Positions 26,934 through 36,027 are shown, counted from the first letter of the stretch. The stretch is 36,730 nucleotides of DNA from an uncultured Sandaracinaceae bacterium (GCA_964635815.1 CAZWQH010000004.1:1-36730); one strand, 5' to 3'. Numbers and translations: made by a program. The notes: a model not told the origin generated them from the sequence alone.

Positions 26934-26949
26934 TGGATCGAGATGTGCA
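26934..26949 (+). promoter_or_regulatory. Possible sigma54 promoter for the 27000 lipoprotein operon
   Basis: TGGATCGAGATGTGCA, GG-N10-GC spacing; TGTC repeats 75-120 bp upstream (26816, 26826, 26857). Confidence 0.4.
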
Positions 26950-26999
26950 GGTACAGGTGCATGACCGCTGACGCTTGCGGTTCTCATACGAGGTCCAAA

Positions 27000-27926
27000 A
27001 TGAAAACGATTCTCCGACTAAGTCTTACAAGTTTGCTACTCACCGGTTGCGTTGCCTCCCCGACCGACGAAGCGGATTTCCGCGCGGCGATTCCGAGCCA
27101 GGCAGCCCTCAGCCTGGAGACCGGTTCCGCCGAGTCCGGACGTTCCACCTCGCCACTCATCGGACAGAGCTCCGACGCGCTCGCACGTGTTCGTTTGATC
27201 TCCGGCGGCGTGAACGAAATCAGCGCGAAGGTGTACGTAACAATCGCGCTGCTCTCGCTTTCGCCTGCGGCGTTTACCGGCCCGGAGGAGGTCACATTCG
27301 GTCCAGTCCAGAATCTCGGCTCCCCGAAATACTGGATGGTCGTGAAGCGCGAAGACCCCGCAACGAGTCGTTTCTCTGTAAAGGTGTTCGGGCAGGTCGG
27401 AAACGCAGCCGCGAAACCGCTCCTCTACGGGGAGAGCCTCGCGCCCTCGCGACGGCTGACGCGTGCGTCAGTGACGATCGACGGCAATGCACTCCGCGAA
27501 GTCGAGCCGATCGTCAACGCTGGATCGAACGGACTCTTGTCGATCAGCTACGAAGTTCAGCGCGCGCTCGGTGATCGAGGAGCGGCGCGGGCCGCCGAGT
27601 ACACGGGCATCACGGCCCAAGACACGGTCGCGAGCACCTCTCGGGTAGGCGAGACGCTAAGCCGAGACGGGTACGAGTTCCGTGCCAGCTCGACGCGCGG
27701 CGCCGGTGACGCGAAGGATCTAGCCTGGAGCCTGCATGTGCGAACAAGGCTCGATCTCGCAGGTCGCGGTGACTATGCGATCGCAGCTGGCGGGTCGGCC
27801 ACCGGTTTGACGGCGACCGAATGCTGGGGCGCGGCCGGCACGCGAACGTATTTTGCGGCGTCCACGGGTGAGTCCGAAGGTTCGGCAGACGCGTGCGCGT
27901 TTCCTGTCGGCGACCCGTCGTTCTAG
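27000..27926 (+). CDS. Uncharacterised beta-rich lipoprotein
   Basis: GAGG SD and ATG at 27000: MKTILRLSLTSLLLTGC; C-terminal ECW...YF...G...CAF Cys pair. Confidence 0.8.
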   Translation: MKTILRLSLTSLLLTGCVASPTDEADFRAAIPSQAALSLETGSAESGRSTSPLIGQSSDALARVRLISGGVNEISAKVYVTIALLSLSPAAFTGPEEVTFGPVQNLGSPKYWMVVKREDPATSRFSVKVFGQVGNAAAKPLLYGESLAPSRRLTRASVTIDGNALREVEPIVNAGSNGLLSISYEVQRALGDRGAARAAEYTGITAQDTVASTSRVGETLSRDGYEFRASSTRGAGDAKDLAWSLHVRTRLDLAGRGDYAIAAGGSATGLTATECWGAAGTRTYFAASTGESEGSADACAFPVGDPSF

Positions 27927-29479
27927 GGAGGTCCGGCATTCCCTACACGATAAAGTCATGCACGCTGCTCGCGTTCGTACTCGCGGGCAGCTGTGCGCGT
28001 GAAGACGCGGTGCGATTCCGAATCGTTCAGCGTGAGCGTGTGGGGATGATGCCCTTGCGAGCAATCGAAGTGACACTCGAGTCGCAGGCAGGAAGCACAG
28101 CCCTTTCGTCGATTATCACGTCGCGCTCGTACGCGGACGCCTCTGTCCTCCCCCTCGCGCTAGGTGACGTTCTGGTCAATGTCGGTCAGAACACGAACGT
28201 CCGCGCCGTGGTGACTGGAACGCTCGATCGGTGCCGCGCGATAGCGAGATCTGGATCGTTCGTTCACCGCTCGGGTCCATACGATGTGTTCCTGTCCATC
28301 GGTTGCGCGGATCAGTTTGTGATGACGGGTGCTCTTGTGCACAGCGCGCACAACGCCGCGACGGCCGCGCGCCTACCCGATGGATCGGTCATCCTCGCTG
28401 GCGGCTCAAGGACCACAACCTTCGAAGGGATCCACGGTCACATTCAGCGGTTCTCTAGAGAAACGGGAACGTGGGCGGCAGCGGGCGAGCTCCTTGCGCC
28501 TCGTATTTACGCGGCACCGCTCGAAACGACCACGGGGGTGCTGCTGATAGGGGGAGCTTCTTCCACAGGCTGCACCGACATGGTCGAGCTCGTTACCGCA
28601 ACCGGGACGACGACGGTCACCTCGCTCGCCTCGCAGCGATGTTCCCCGGGGGCGGCTCTCCTGCGAGCGGCGGAGGCGGTCGTCATCGCTGGCTCCGGAC
28701 TTCCCGCCACCGGGGGCTCGCACTTCGAAGTACGGGACTCCTCGCTTCGTACTCTGCTCGCGACTGCAAACGGGAGCGGCACGCGCGTGAACCCCTCGGT
28801 CTTCGCCCTCAGTGACGGTCGCTCGGCGCTCGTGCTCGGCGGTGGCCCACGATCCACCGCAACGGCGCTGGCCGAAATCGTCCACGTTGGAAGCGACTGC
28901 AGCGGACAGCCGGTTGGATCGAGCACATCGACTTGCGTCGAGGCCGTCTCATGGCCGAACCCTCCGCCTAGTGAGGCACATCTTCCGGCGGCCTACCTCG
29001 ACTGCGTCGGGATCGACGGCAAGAATGCCGGTGGCGCGGTGGTGACGGTCGGCGGCTTCGCCCGCGTCGATCCACCGACGTTGACCGATGAGATCTGGTG
29101 TATGCGCGACGCCCCGAACAACCCACCGGTTTTTCGCCAGATCGGGCGGCTGCAACTCGCGCGGGGCGGCGGAAAGTTGGTTCCGCTGCGCCCCCGGCGC
29201 GCTACGCAACGCGGACTCGCTTATGCGTTGCTGGTCGGCGGCTTCGACCGGGTACCTCGCCCCGACGCGCTCATCGTCCGGATCGATCCGTGTACGTGTG
29301 CGCCCGTCGTTCCGACCGACATTGAAACGTCCTCGCTTCCAGAGCCGGGCGTCTACGTCACGGGGTCGACGGCTTTGCAGCTAGAAGACGAAAGCATCCT
29401 TGTGCCAGGCACCTTCCAAGTATCCACGGGCCTCGATTTTGCAAGTGGCTCGCTGCTGTTTACGCCCGACGAGCCATAG
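27893..29479 (+). CDS. Kelch/galactose-oxidase-like beta-propeller lipoprotein
   Basis: LAGSC lipobox-like; repeated LPDGSVILAGG, VLLIGG, LSDGRSALVLGG, VTVGG, LLVGG blades. Start uncertain. Confidence 0.75.
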   Translation: MRVSCRRPVVLGRSGIPYTIKSCTLLAFVLAGSCAREDAVRFRIVQRERVGMMPLRAIEVTLESQAGSTALSSIITSRSYADASVLPLALGDVLVNVGQNTNVRAVVTGTLDRCRAIARSGSFVHRSGPYDVFLSIGCADQFVMTGALVHSAHNAATAARLPDGSVILAGGSRTTTFEGIHGHIQRFSRETGTWAAAGELLAPRIYAAPLETTTGVLLIGGASSTGCTDMVELVTATGTTTVTSLASQRCSPGAALLRAAEAVVIAGSGLPATGGSHFEVRDSSLRTLLATANGSGTRVNPSVFALSDGRSALVLGGGPRSTATALAEIVHVGSDCSGQPVGSSTSTCVEAVSWPNPPPSEAHLPAAYLDCVGIDGKNAGGAVVTVGGFARVDPPTLTDEIWCMRDAPNNPPVFRQIGRLQLARGGGKLVPLRPRRATQRGLAYALLVGGFDRVPRPDALIVRIDPCTCAPVVPTDIETSSLPEPGVYVTGSTALQLEDESILVPGTFQVSTGLDFASGSLLFTPDEP

Positions 29480-29537
29480 CAACCTTTCAACGTTGCGCCG
29501 CACGCATGACCCCGCGTAACGTCTCGACCTTCGAGCC

Positions 29538-30593
29538 GTGAGCGATCCATTCCTACTGCGCCTGTCGGCGTGTCTGGCGCTGATGCTCTACGTGCTCCGC
29601 GGATTCACGTGGCAACTCTCCGAGCCGCGGACCCTGGTTGCAAACGCGGCAACGCTGGCGTTTGTCGTGGTGGGCATCGACAGCCTATGGGGCGCAACGA
29701 AGCGCGCGCGTGCGCAGACGCCACTTCGGACAGCGGACGCTGCGCGACTCGTCCTTGTGCCTATTCTGCCGCTCTCCGCGTTCTTTCTCCTCTTCGTCGA
29801 TCCCGTTTGGTTCGGGACCGGCGCGACGCTCGCACTCAACTTGATCGCGTCCGTGACGGCTGCGTTCGTGGTTCTCGACAGAGCGCTGAGGCGAGACTTG
29901 GAAGAGAGCGCTCTCAAGACGCTCGCGGATGGCACCTCGCAAGCTAGTTCGCGCGCAGATTTGCCGTTGCGATTTGCCGCGGTCGCGGTCGGCGTGAGCG
30001 CGGTTTTGTGCGCGATTCATCCAATCTTGAACCCGTCCCGGGAAGCGCTTGCGCTTTCGGCGGTCAAGGCTTTGTCATCCTATTCTGGGCTGACGCGCGT
30101 CGGAACCTACAGCCGGGTCGCGGGCGACTTCTCGTTCATCGTCGCGATCATCGCGCTCGAGGGCGTCGTAGCCATGTGCATTCTGCGTTCCCGGCGTTAC
30201 TGGGCGTTCGCGTTCGCCAGCTTGGCGTCAATCGCCACCCTGTTCACTCTCACACGGCTGCTGGTGCCGCTGGGAACGTATGCTCTGGCCGCGGTGCGTG
30301 TCACGACCGGAACGCTCGTCTTCACGAGGGTCAATCCCGCGGTGTACTGCGTGTTTGCCTCGATCGGCATCGGCACCGCGTTAGCCGGCATCGCCACTTC
30401 GCGACACGGCTCAGCGCGAATCGGTCTCGCGATGATCCTCCTGATCACGTTTGGCATCGGCACGACCGGTACGCTCTGCGCCCTCGCCCTCGTCACCGCG
30501 ACGCTCCTCATGGACGACGCGATTCAAGAACAGGCGACCACGTCGCCCGCACGCACGGACGTTGACCCTGATCCGACCGAGGTTGACCGCTAG
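29538..30593 (+). CDS. Polytopic inner-membrane protein of unknown function
   Basis: About 10 hydrophobic segments; co-directional with the kelch gene; no recognised motif. Confidence 0.6.
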   Translation: MSDPFLLRLSACLALMLYVLRGFTWQLSEPRTLVANAATLAFVVVGIDSLWGATKRARAQTPLRTADAARLVLVPILPLSAFFLLFVDPVWFGTGATLALNLIASVTAAFVVLDRALRRDLEESALKTLADGTSQASSRADLPLRFAAVAVGVSAVLCAIHPILNPSREALALSAVKALSSYSGLTRVGTYSRVAGDFSFIVAIIALEGVVAMCILRSRRYWAFAFASLASIATLFTLTRLLVPLGTYALAAVRVTTGTLVFTRVNPAVYCVFASIGIGTALAGIATSRHGSARIGLAMILLITFGIGTTGTLCALALVTATLLMDDAIQEQATTSPARTDVDPDPTEVDR

Positions 30594-31786
30594 GTCAGCT
30601 TGGTGGCCGCTGAGCGCATCCGGGAAATGCCGAGATCGATCTGGTCGTCGCTGGTCGTGTACGAGAGGCGGACGTAGCCGGGAGCTCCGAACGGTTCTCC
30701 CGGAACGACTGCAACTCCACCTTCCTCCAAGAAGTAGAGGGCGACATCAACGTCGGACATGAGAGTCTTCGTGGCCGTCTTCTTGCCAATCAGCTGCGTC
30801 ACGTTCGCGAACGCGTAGAACGCGCCAGACGGCATCGCACACGAGACCCCTGGGATCGAGTTTAGCCCGGCCACCATCCGCGATCGTCGTTTGGAGAAAA
30901 CCTCGCGCATCTCGGCAGTGGCGGACGCCGGCAAACCGAGCGCGGCGATTGCGGCATGCTGAGCAACTGCCGTTGGGTTGGTCGTGCTTTGCGACTGGAT
31001 CACGTCGCACGCCTTTGCGACACGTTCAGAGGCGAGAATCCATCCGATCCTCCAGCCGGTCATCGCGTATGTCTTGCTGCAACCGTCCACGATGATCATG
31101 CGGTCTCGAAGATCCGGCGCGACGGTCAAGAGAGAGGTCGCGACGAAATCGTCGTACGTGAGCTGCGAGTAGATCTCATCCACGACAATCCACACGTCCG
31201 ACTCGCGCAATACCGCTGCCAACGCTCGCAGCTGATCCGCGGTGTACGCTGAGCCCGTCGGGTTCGAAGGAGTGCAAAGGATGACGGCGCAGGTCTTCGG
31301 TGTGATTGCCGCGCGCAGCTGCTCTGGCGACATCGAGAACCGCGCTGATTCTTGTGTCTCCACAGCCACGGGAACTGCACCCACAAGTCTCACCTGCTCG
31401 GGGTAGCTGACCCAGTACGGAGCGGGAATAATCACTTCGTCGCCGGGATCGAAAAGTGCCAGCGCAAGATTGAAGAGCGAGTGCTTCGCGCCAACGGAGA
31501 CCACGACACTTGCGGGGGTGTGCTCGATTCCACGCCGCTTGAACGAGTCCGCCGCGATGGCTTCCCTCAAGGCGGGTAGACCGCTGACCGCGGTGTAGTG
31601 CGAAACACCTTTGTCGATCGCGCGCTTTGCTGCGGCGCGTACTTCCGCGGGGGTTTCGAAGTCGGGCTCTCCTAACGAGAACGACACCACATCAATGCCC
31701 TGGGCGCGGAGCGCGGCAGCACGCTGGGAGACAGCAAGGGTGGCTGAAGGTTTCACAACCGAGAGGCGATCAGCGAGCGTTGGCAC
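30590..31786 (-). CDS. aspC: PLP-dependent aminotransferase class I/II (aspartate aminotransferase-like)
   Basis: GEPDFETP, HYTAVSG, GAKHSL, PYWVSY, PSNPTG, DEIY, SKTYAMTGWRIG, GAFY, VRLSY. Start at GTG 31786. Confidence 0.92.
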   Translation of the reverse strand: MPTLADRLSVVKPSATLAVSQRAAALRAQGIDVVSFSLGEPDFETPAEVRAAAKRAIDKGVSHYTAVSGLPALREAIAADSFKRRGIEHTPASVVVSVGAKHSLFNLALALFDPGDEVIIPAPYWVSYPEQVRLVGAVPVAVETQESARFSMSPEQLRAAITPKTCAVILCTPSNPTGSAYTADQLRALAAVLRESDVWIVVDEIYSQLTYDDFVATSLLTVAPDLRDRMIIVDGCSKTYAMTGWRIGWILASERVAKACDVIQSQSTTNPTAVAQHAAIAALGLPASATAEMREVFSKRRSRMVAGLNSIPGVSCAMPSGAFYAFANVTQLIGKKTATKTLMSDVDVALYFLEEGGVAVVPGEPFGAPGYVRLSYTTSDDQIDLGISRMRSAATKLT

Positions 31787-31829
31787 GTGACAGGTTTTAT
31801 CTCTTTCTTCCCCCTCTGTCGCGGGTCTG

Positions 31830-31857
31830 TTGACACCACAGGGGGGTGCGATATGAC
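31830..31857 (+). promoter_or_regulatory. Putative sigma70 promoter for pal-cpoB
   Basis: TTGACA (31830-31835)-N16-TATGAC. Confidence 0.45.
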
Positions 31858-31868
31858 GCCTGCCACCA

Positions 31869-32540
31869 ATGCTGTGCGATCTAAATCTACACGCCCGCGG
31901 ACTTCTCACGGCCGGAGTCCTCGCGATACTGGCAACGTCGGTCGCTGCGTGCGGGGGCCCCACCTACCCCAACTGCGATAACGACTCGCACTGCCACACT
32001 GGCGAGTTCTGCGTAAACGGTCATTGCCAGCAATGTCGGACCGACTCCGATTGCCAAGCTGGATCACACTGCGCAGAGGGCGCGTGTGCTCCGATCCAGG
32101 GCTATTGCCAAGGCCGAGGTCAGTGCGGGCAGAACGAAGACTGTCAGAACAACCGTTGCGTTCAGGTCGCCACGAGCACGGTCGAACCTGAGCCGCCGAC
32201 GCCCACAGCCGGGCCATGCAGCCTCGACACGCTGTTCTTCGACTACGAGTCCTCTGACTTGACGCCGGCGGCACGAAACGCGCTTGAGACGGCAGCACGC
32301 TGTATCCGAGACCGGAACATCCCTCACGTCACCGTGGTTGGGCACACCGATCCTCGGGGGACCGAAGAATACAATCTCGCGCTTGGCGATCGGCGCGCGC
32401 GCGCAGTGATGCAGTACCTCACGGCGCTTGGCGTACCCGCAGCAACATTCGATGCATCCTCGCGTGGCGAAGAAGACGCCGCGGGAGAAGACGAAGGCGG
32501 TTGGTCGCGCGATCGCCGAGCCGTCATGCTCGAGCGCTGA
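31869..32540 (+). CDS. pal: Peptidoglycan-associated lipoprotein (OmpA-C) with N-terminal Cys-rich repeats
   Basis: Lipobox VAAC; LFFDYESSDL, GHTDPRGTEEYNLALGDRRA, SRGEE, DRRA; located upstream of cpoB. Confidence 0.88.
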   Translation: MLCDLNLHARGLLTAGVLAILATSVAACGGPTYPNCDNDSHCHTGEFCVNGHCQQCRTDSDCQAGSHCAEGACAPIQGYCQGRGQCGQNEDCQNNRCVQVATSTVEPEPPTPTAGPCSLDTLFFDYESSDLTPAARNALETAARCIRDRNIPHVTVVGHTDPRGTEEYNLALGDRRARAVMQYLTALGVPAATFDASSRGEEDAAGEDEGGWSRDRRAVMLER

Positions 32541-32577
32541 AATGTTCGATCCTCAACGTCGGTCGCTTTCCCGGAGC

Positions 32578-33438
32578 ATGCGCGGCACAGCGGCTCGATT
32601 GACCTGCACCGGTTTTCTCGCGGCTGCGACGCTTAGCGGGTGTTTTCTCTGGACATCGCGAGGAGAAGGCGACGAGCTGAAGACAGCGCAGGATCGGGAC
32701 CGCACCAGGGTCGCAAATCTCGAGGAGTCCATCCGCGGTGAACGCGACAAGCTCCAAACCGACAGCGCGCGCATGCAAGAGAAAATGGCTGAGCTCGAGG
32801 GTGTCCTTGAGCGCGCCACGCAGGTCGTAACTCGCAACAGTGCCGATCTCAGTGTCGAGGTAACGCAGCTCAGGACGCAGATCGGTGCGTTGCAGGGCGA
32901 GATCGCCGAGCTCCGAAATCAGAACGAACAGCTAACAAAGACTGCCGCCGCCCAACGAACAGAGATTGAAGAGCGTATCGATCGAGTTGCCCGTCGTGCC
33001 GGCGTAGACGTCGCTCTCAGCGCGAGCGACATACCAGCCGACAAGGCACAACACTTCGCAGCCGCTGAGCGCGCGTTCCAAAGCGCGGATCATTCGAAGG
33101 CTCGCGCTCTGTTCCGTGAATTCGTCGTGCGCTACGGCCAAGACGACCAAGCCGACAACGCCGCTTACATGGTCGGAAAGTGTTACCTCGCGGAGGGACG
33201 CCCGGCGACCGCGTTGACCGAGTTCCGAAAGGTCATCACAGAGTATGCGTCCGGCGACGCTGTCGACGACGCCCTGATGGACATGGCAGAAGCGTTCTAC
33301 CGCTTGCGAGCCTGCACCGACGCACGCGGCTCGCTCGACGCGTTGATTCGGAGTCAGACCAACTCCCCGCTGCGCGACCAAGCCCGACAGAAGCTTCGCG
33401 AGTGGCAACGCCCACCTCGTGGATACTGCACTTCGTAG
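32578..33438 (+). CDS. cpoB: Tol-Pal-associated CpoB/YbgF-like protein (coiled-coil + TPR), lipoprotein form
   Basis: GGAG SD then ATG 32578; LSGC; long coiled-coil; TPRs (ADNAAYMVGKCY...DDALMDMAEAF); directly after pal. Confidence 0.8.
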   Translation: MRGTAARLTCTGFLAAATLSGCFLWTSRGEGDELKTAQDRDRTRVANLEESIRGERDKLQTDSARMQEKMAELEGVLERATQVVTRNSADLSVEVTQLRTQIGALQGEIAELRNQNEQLTKTAAAQRTEIEERIDRVARRAGVDVALSASDIPADKAQHFAAAERAFQSADHSKARALFREFVVRYGQDDQADNAAYMVGKCYLAEGRPATALTEFRKVITEYASGDAVDDALMDMAEAFYRLRACTDARGSLDALIRSQTNSPLRDQARQKLREWQRPPRGYCTS

Positions 33439-33498
33439 CCTCGGAGTGGTTGACCAGCGCCTCCCCCGACCGCGTACTCACCTGGCGGTGGCGGCGCG

Positions 33499-34395
33499 CT
33501 AGCGCATGGGCGCGGTGATTGGCCCTAGTCTCAGGTTCAGCCGGTCGCGATCGAAAACAATGCGGCGAAACCCCATTGCTACGCGACCGAGCAACCCGCT
33601 CAAGTCCGGATGGATGTCGCGCTGGTACGACTGAAAATACGGCCAGCTCGGAACGCGTTGCACGCCCGCAGTCCGGACCGGATCGTCGCCGAGTGCCAGG
33701 CGCGTCTCACCCACGAACGCGGGAAACGTATTTCCTTCGACGTCTTGAAACCGGGTTTCTTGGTCACCGGCTCGCGCCGGAGATGGAACAAGCAGGACCT
33801 CGGTCGCACCCGTATCGAACATGAGCAACGTCACCGCGTCGTCGATCCGAGGGCGCAGACCAATGTGCCCCGAGATGAGCTCGTACGGAGCGGATGCGTA
33901 TCCGACCAAATCAGCGGGCGCGGTGCCCGCGTGGTAACGAACAAGTCGGCGGCCTGGGTAGTCGAGCTCCGATGTCGCAGATGCGAAGAAGTCGGCCCCG
34001 AGTACCCCGATGATTGGAGTCCCCTCGAACACCTCCTCGTCGAAGTCGCGAGTGATGACAGAGAATGTCTCACACCCAATGGAGAGCGGGCGCCGATCCG
34101 TGGAGGTAGGCCCATACATGAATGTGTGCTCGGAGCCTGTGTCCAACGCAAGAAAGCCCGCGCGTCCACCGCCCGTTGCCCGAACGAGCTGACTATCGAC
34201 CTCGTCGTCAAGAAAGCTCAGGACAAGCTCGACAGAATTGACCGCGCAGCCACCATCGCGTTGCACCATCGTTCGATCGGTCGACGCATCGCCAACGTTT
34301 GGTGTCGCAGCATCCACAGGCGCGGGGGTCCCTACGCTCTGGCATGAGATCAAGGCCGCGAAGAGCGGAAGCGCGTACAAAGGACACGGTTGCAT
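33499..34395 (-). CDS. Two-domain retropepsin-like aspartyl protease lipoprotein
   Basis: LISC lipobox; LDTGS...GVLGADFF and FDTGA...GLLG; ELDYPGRRL. Confidence 0.85.
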   Translation of the reverse strand: MQPCPLYALPLFAALISCQSVGTPAPVDAATPNVGDASTDRTMVQRDGGCAVNSVELVLSFLDDEVDSQLVRATGGGRAGFLALDTGSEHTFMYGPTSTDRRPLSIGCETFSVITRDFDEEVFEGTPIIGVLGADFFASATSELDYPGRRLVRYHAGTAPADLVGYASAPYELISGHIGLRPRIDDAVTLLMFDTGATEVLLVPSPARAGDQETRFQDVEGNTFPAFVGETRLALGDDPVRTAGVQRVPSWPYFQSYQRDIHPDLSGLLGRVAMGFRRIVFDRDRLNLRLGPITAPMR

Positions 34396-34463
34396 TCGGC
34401 CAACGATGACAGCACGTATAGGCGCTCGCAACGTCGCGGCGACCCGCGGTCACTCACCCGCGA

Positions 34464-35099
34464 TCAGAGGGACTCAATGGCGGCGAGAAGCTCAGCGCGC
34501 GAATCGGGATCGGAGTCGTAGAGTCCGCGTACGTTCCCCGCTCGATCGACCAGAACAAACTTCCCCGAATGAAGGATGTTGACCGCACCGGCATCTGTCC
34601 GAAATCGTTCGCCGACCGGCTGTTTGAACCCCTCGTTGATTACGGCGCGCACGCGGGACGGTTCGCCCGATAACCAAACCCAGCGTTGGGGATCTGCAGC
34701 AACCGACGCCGCATGTTGCGCGAGCACTTCAGGTGTATCTGTCTCGGGATCGACGGTCACTGAAACGAAGCGAACATCGTCTCCCGTGACCTGCTCGGTC
34801 AACGCGCGCATGTCCGAAGTCAACCGAGGACAGACGTCAGGGCAAGACGTGAAGATGAAGTCGTACACGACGACCTTCCCTGCGAGGTCTTTCGAACCGT
34901 ACGCATGTCCGCGCTGATCGACGAGTGAGAAATCCCGAACGGCAAAGTAAGTAGGCAGTTCGTCTCGGACGCGGTGGAGGTAGCTCCAGAGGCCGATGCC
35001 CGCCGCCACGAGAACCGCAAGGACGGCAGCTCCGGCGACGGCGCGCTCCGACTTTCGCGCGCTACCCGGACCTGTCGTGGCGCTCGGTGCACGTTGCAT
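34464..35099 (-). CDS. SCO-family copper chaperone
   Basis: FSLVDQRG, FIFTSCPDVCP (CxxxC), VTVDPETDTP, HSGKFVLVD. Confidence 0.95.
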   Translation of the reverse strand: MQRAPSATTGPGSARKSERAVAGAAVLAVLVAAGIGLWSYLHRVRDELPTYFAVRDFSLVDQRGHAYGSKDLAGKVVVYDFIFTSCPDVCPRLTSDMRALTEQVTGDDVRFVSVTVDPETDTPEVLAQHAASVAADPQRWVWLSGEPSRVRAVINEGFKQPVGERFRTDAGAVNILHSGKFVLVDRAGNVRGLYDSDPDSRAELLAAIESL

Positions 35100-35109
35100 C
35101 CAATGCGTC

Positions 35110-36027
35110 CTAGCTCGCGTCTATGATCAACGCTGCGAACACAGCAGTGAGGTATCCGAGCGATGTAAAAAACACACGCCGCGGCCACGGAATTGTGAGT
35201 GGCATTGCTGTGGCAACGACAAACGCAGCGCCTCCAACGAGCGCCACCGCCGCATACGCCCATCCGACAACGCCGTAGTAAGCAGGGAGCAGCGACACCG
35301 GCACGAGCGCAGAGACCCAAACAAGAGCGTGCACTCGAGCGGCTTGGTCGCCGCGCTCAGCGGGCAACACTTTGATCCCGGCGCGGATGTACTCTGACTT
35401 CCGGAAAATCGCGATCGCGATGAAGTGAGGTATCTGCCAGAGGAACAAGATCCCAAAGAGCGCGAGCCCCACAGCGTCGATCGAGTTCGTCGCGGTCGTC
35501 CACCCCATCAACGGGGGAAGCGCTCCGGGTACGGCTCCCACAAACAGAGCGACGTCACTCTTCTGCTTCAGCGGCGTGTAAACTACGACGTACGAAGCCA
35601 GCGCGAGCACGCCGAGCCACATGGTTAGCGCGTTCACCCAAGTGGCGAGAATGCCGATTCCGGCCAGGCTCAAAACGACGCCCACGGCCACGGCGACGCG
35701 CGGATTCAGACGCCCCGCGGGTAGAGCTCGCGTCGCGGTGCGCGCCATGAACTTGTCGCTGTCGCGTTCCAGGTAACAGTTGAGCGCATTGGCCGCCGAC
35801 ACAAGGCTCGCGGTCCCAAAGAGCGACCAGAAAAGGGTGGTCCACGGCATGCGTCCCGGCGCGACCCAAGCCCCACCCGCAGCGGTGATCACGACCATCA
35901 GCGCGATGCGGGGCTTCATGAGCCCGAACACGTCGCTGATTCGCTGGGTCCACGACGGCGACACAGGCGCATTCGTAGCATCGATCGCAGGTGCGCTCGT
36001 CGCGCTCAGATCGGCAGACACATCCAC
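35110..36027 (-). CDS. cyoE: Protoheme IX farnesyltransferase (heme O synthase)
   Basis: LMKPRI, NCYLERDSDKFMARTATRALPAGR, YTPLKQ, GAVPGALPPLMGW, WQIPHF, EYIRAG. Confidence 0.96.
   Translation of the reverse strand: MDVSADLSATSAPAIDATNAPVSPSWTQRISDVFGLMKPRIALMVVITAAGGAWVAPGRMPWTTLFWSLFGTASLVSAANALNCYLERDSDKFMARTATRALPAGRLNPRVAVAVGVVLSLAGIGILATWVNALTMWLGVLALASYVVVYTPLKQKSDVALFVGAVPGALPPLMGWTTATNSIDAVGLALFGILFLWQIPHFIAIAIFRKSEYIRAGIKVLPAERGDQAARVHALVWVSALVPVSLLPAYYGVVGWAYAAVALVGGAAFVVATAMPLTIPWPRRVFFTSLGYLTAVFAALIIDAS

Noticed and set aside
26553-26999. N-terminal 149 codons of the 457-aa track ORF
   Set aside because: Overlaps the divergent gene and its promoter region; the SD, ATG and signal peptide indicate a start at 27000.
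20416-30593. Genomic island, prophage or defence locus
   Set aside because: No integrase, transposase, att-like repeats, tRNA, evident compositional shift or recognisable defence or phage domains.
31787-31963. N-terminal extension of the aminotransferase ORF
   Set aside because: Overlaps pal and its promoter; family-like sequence begins at GTG 31786.
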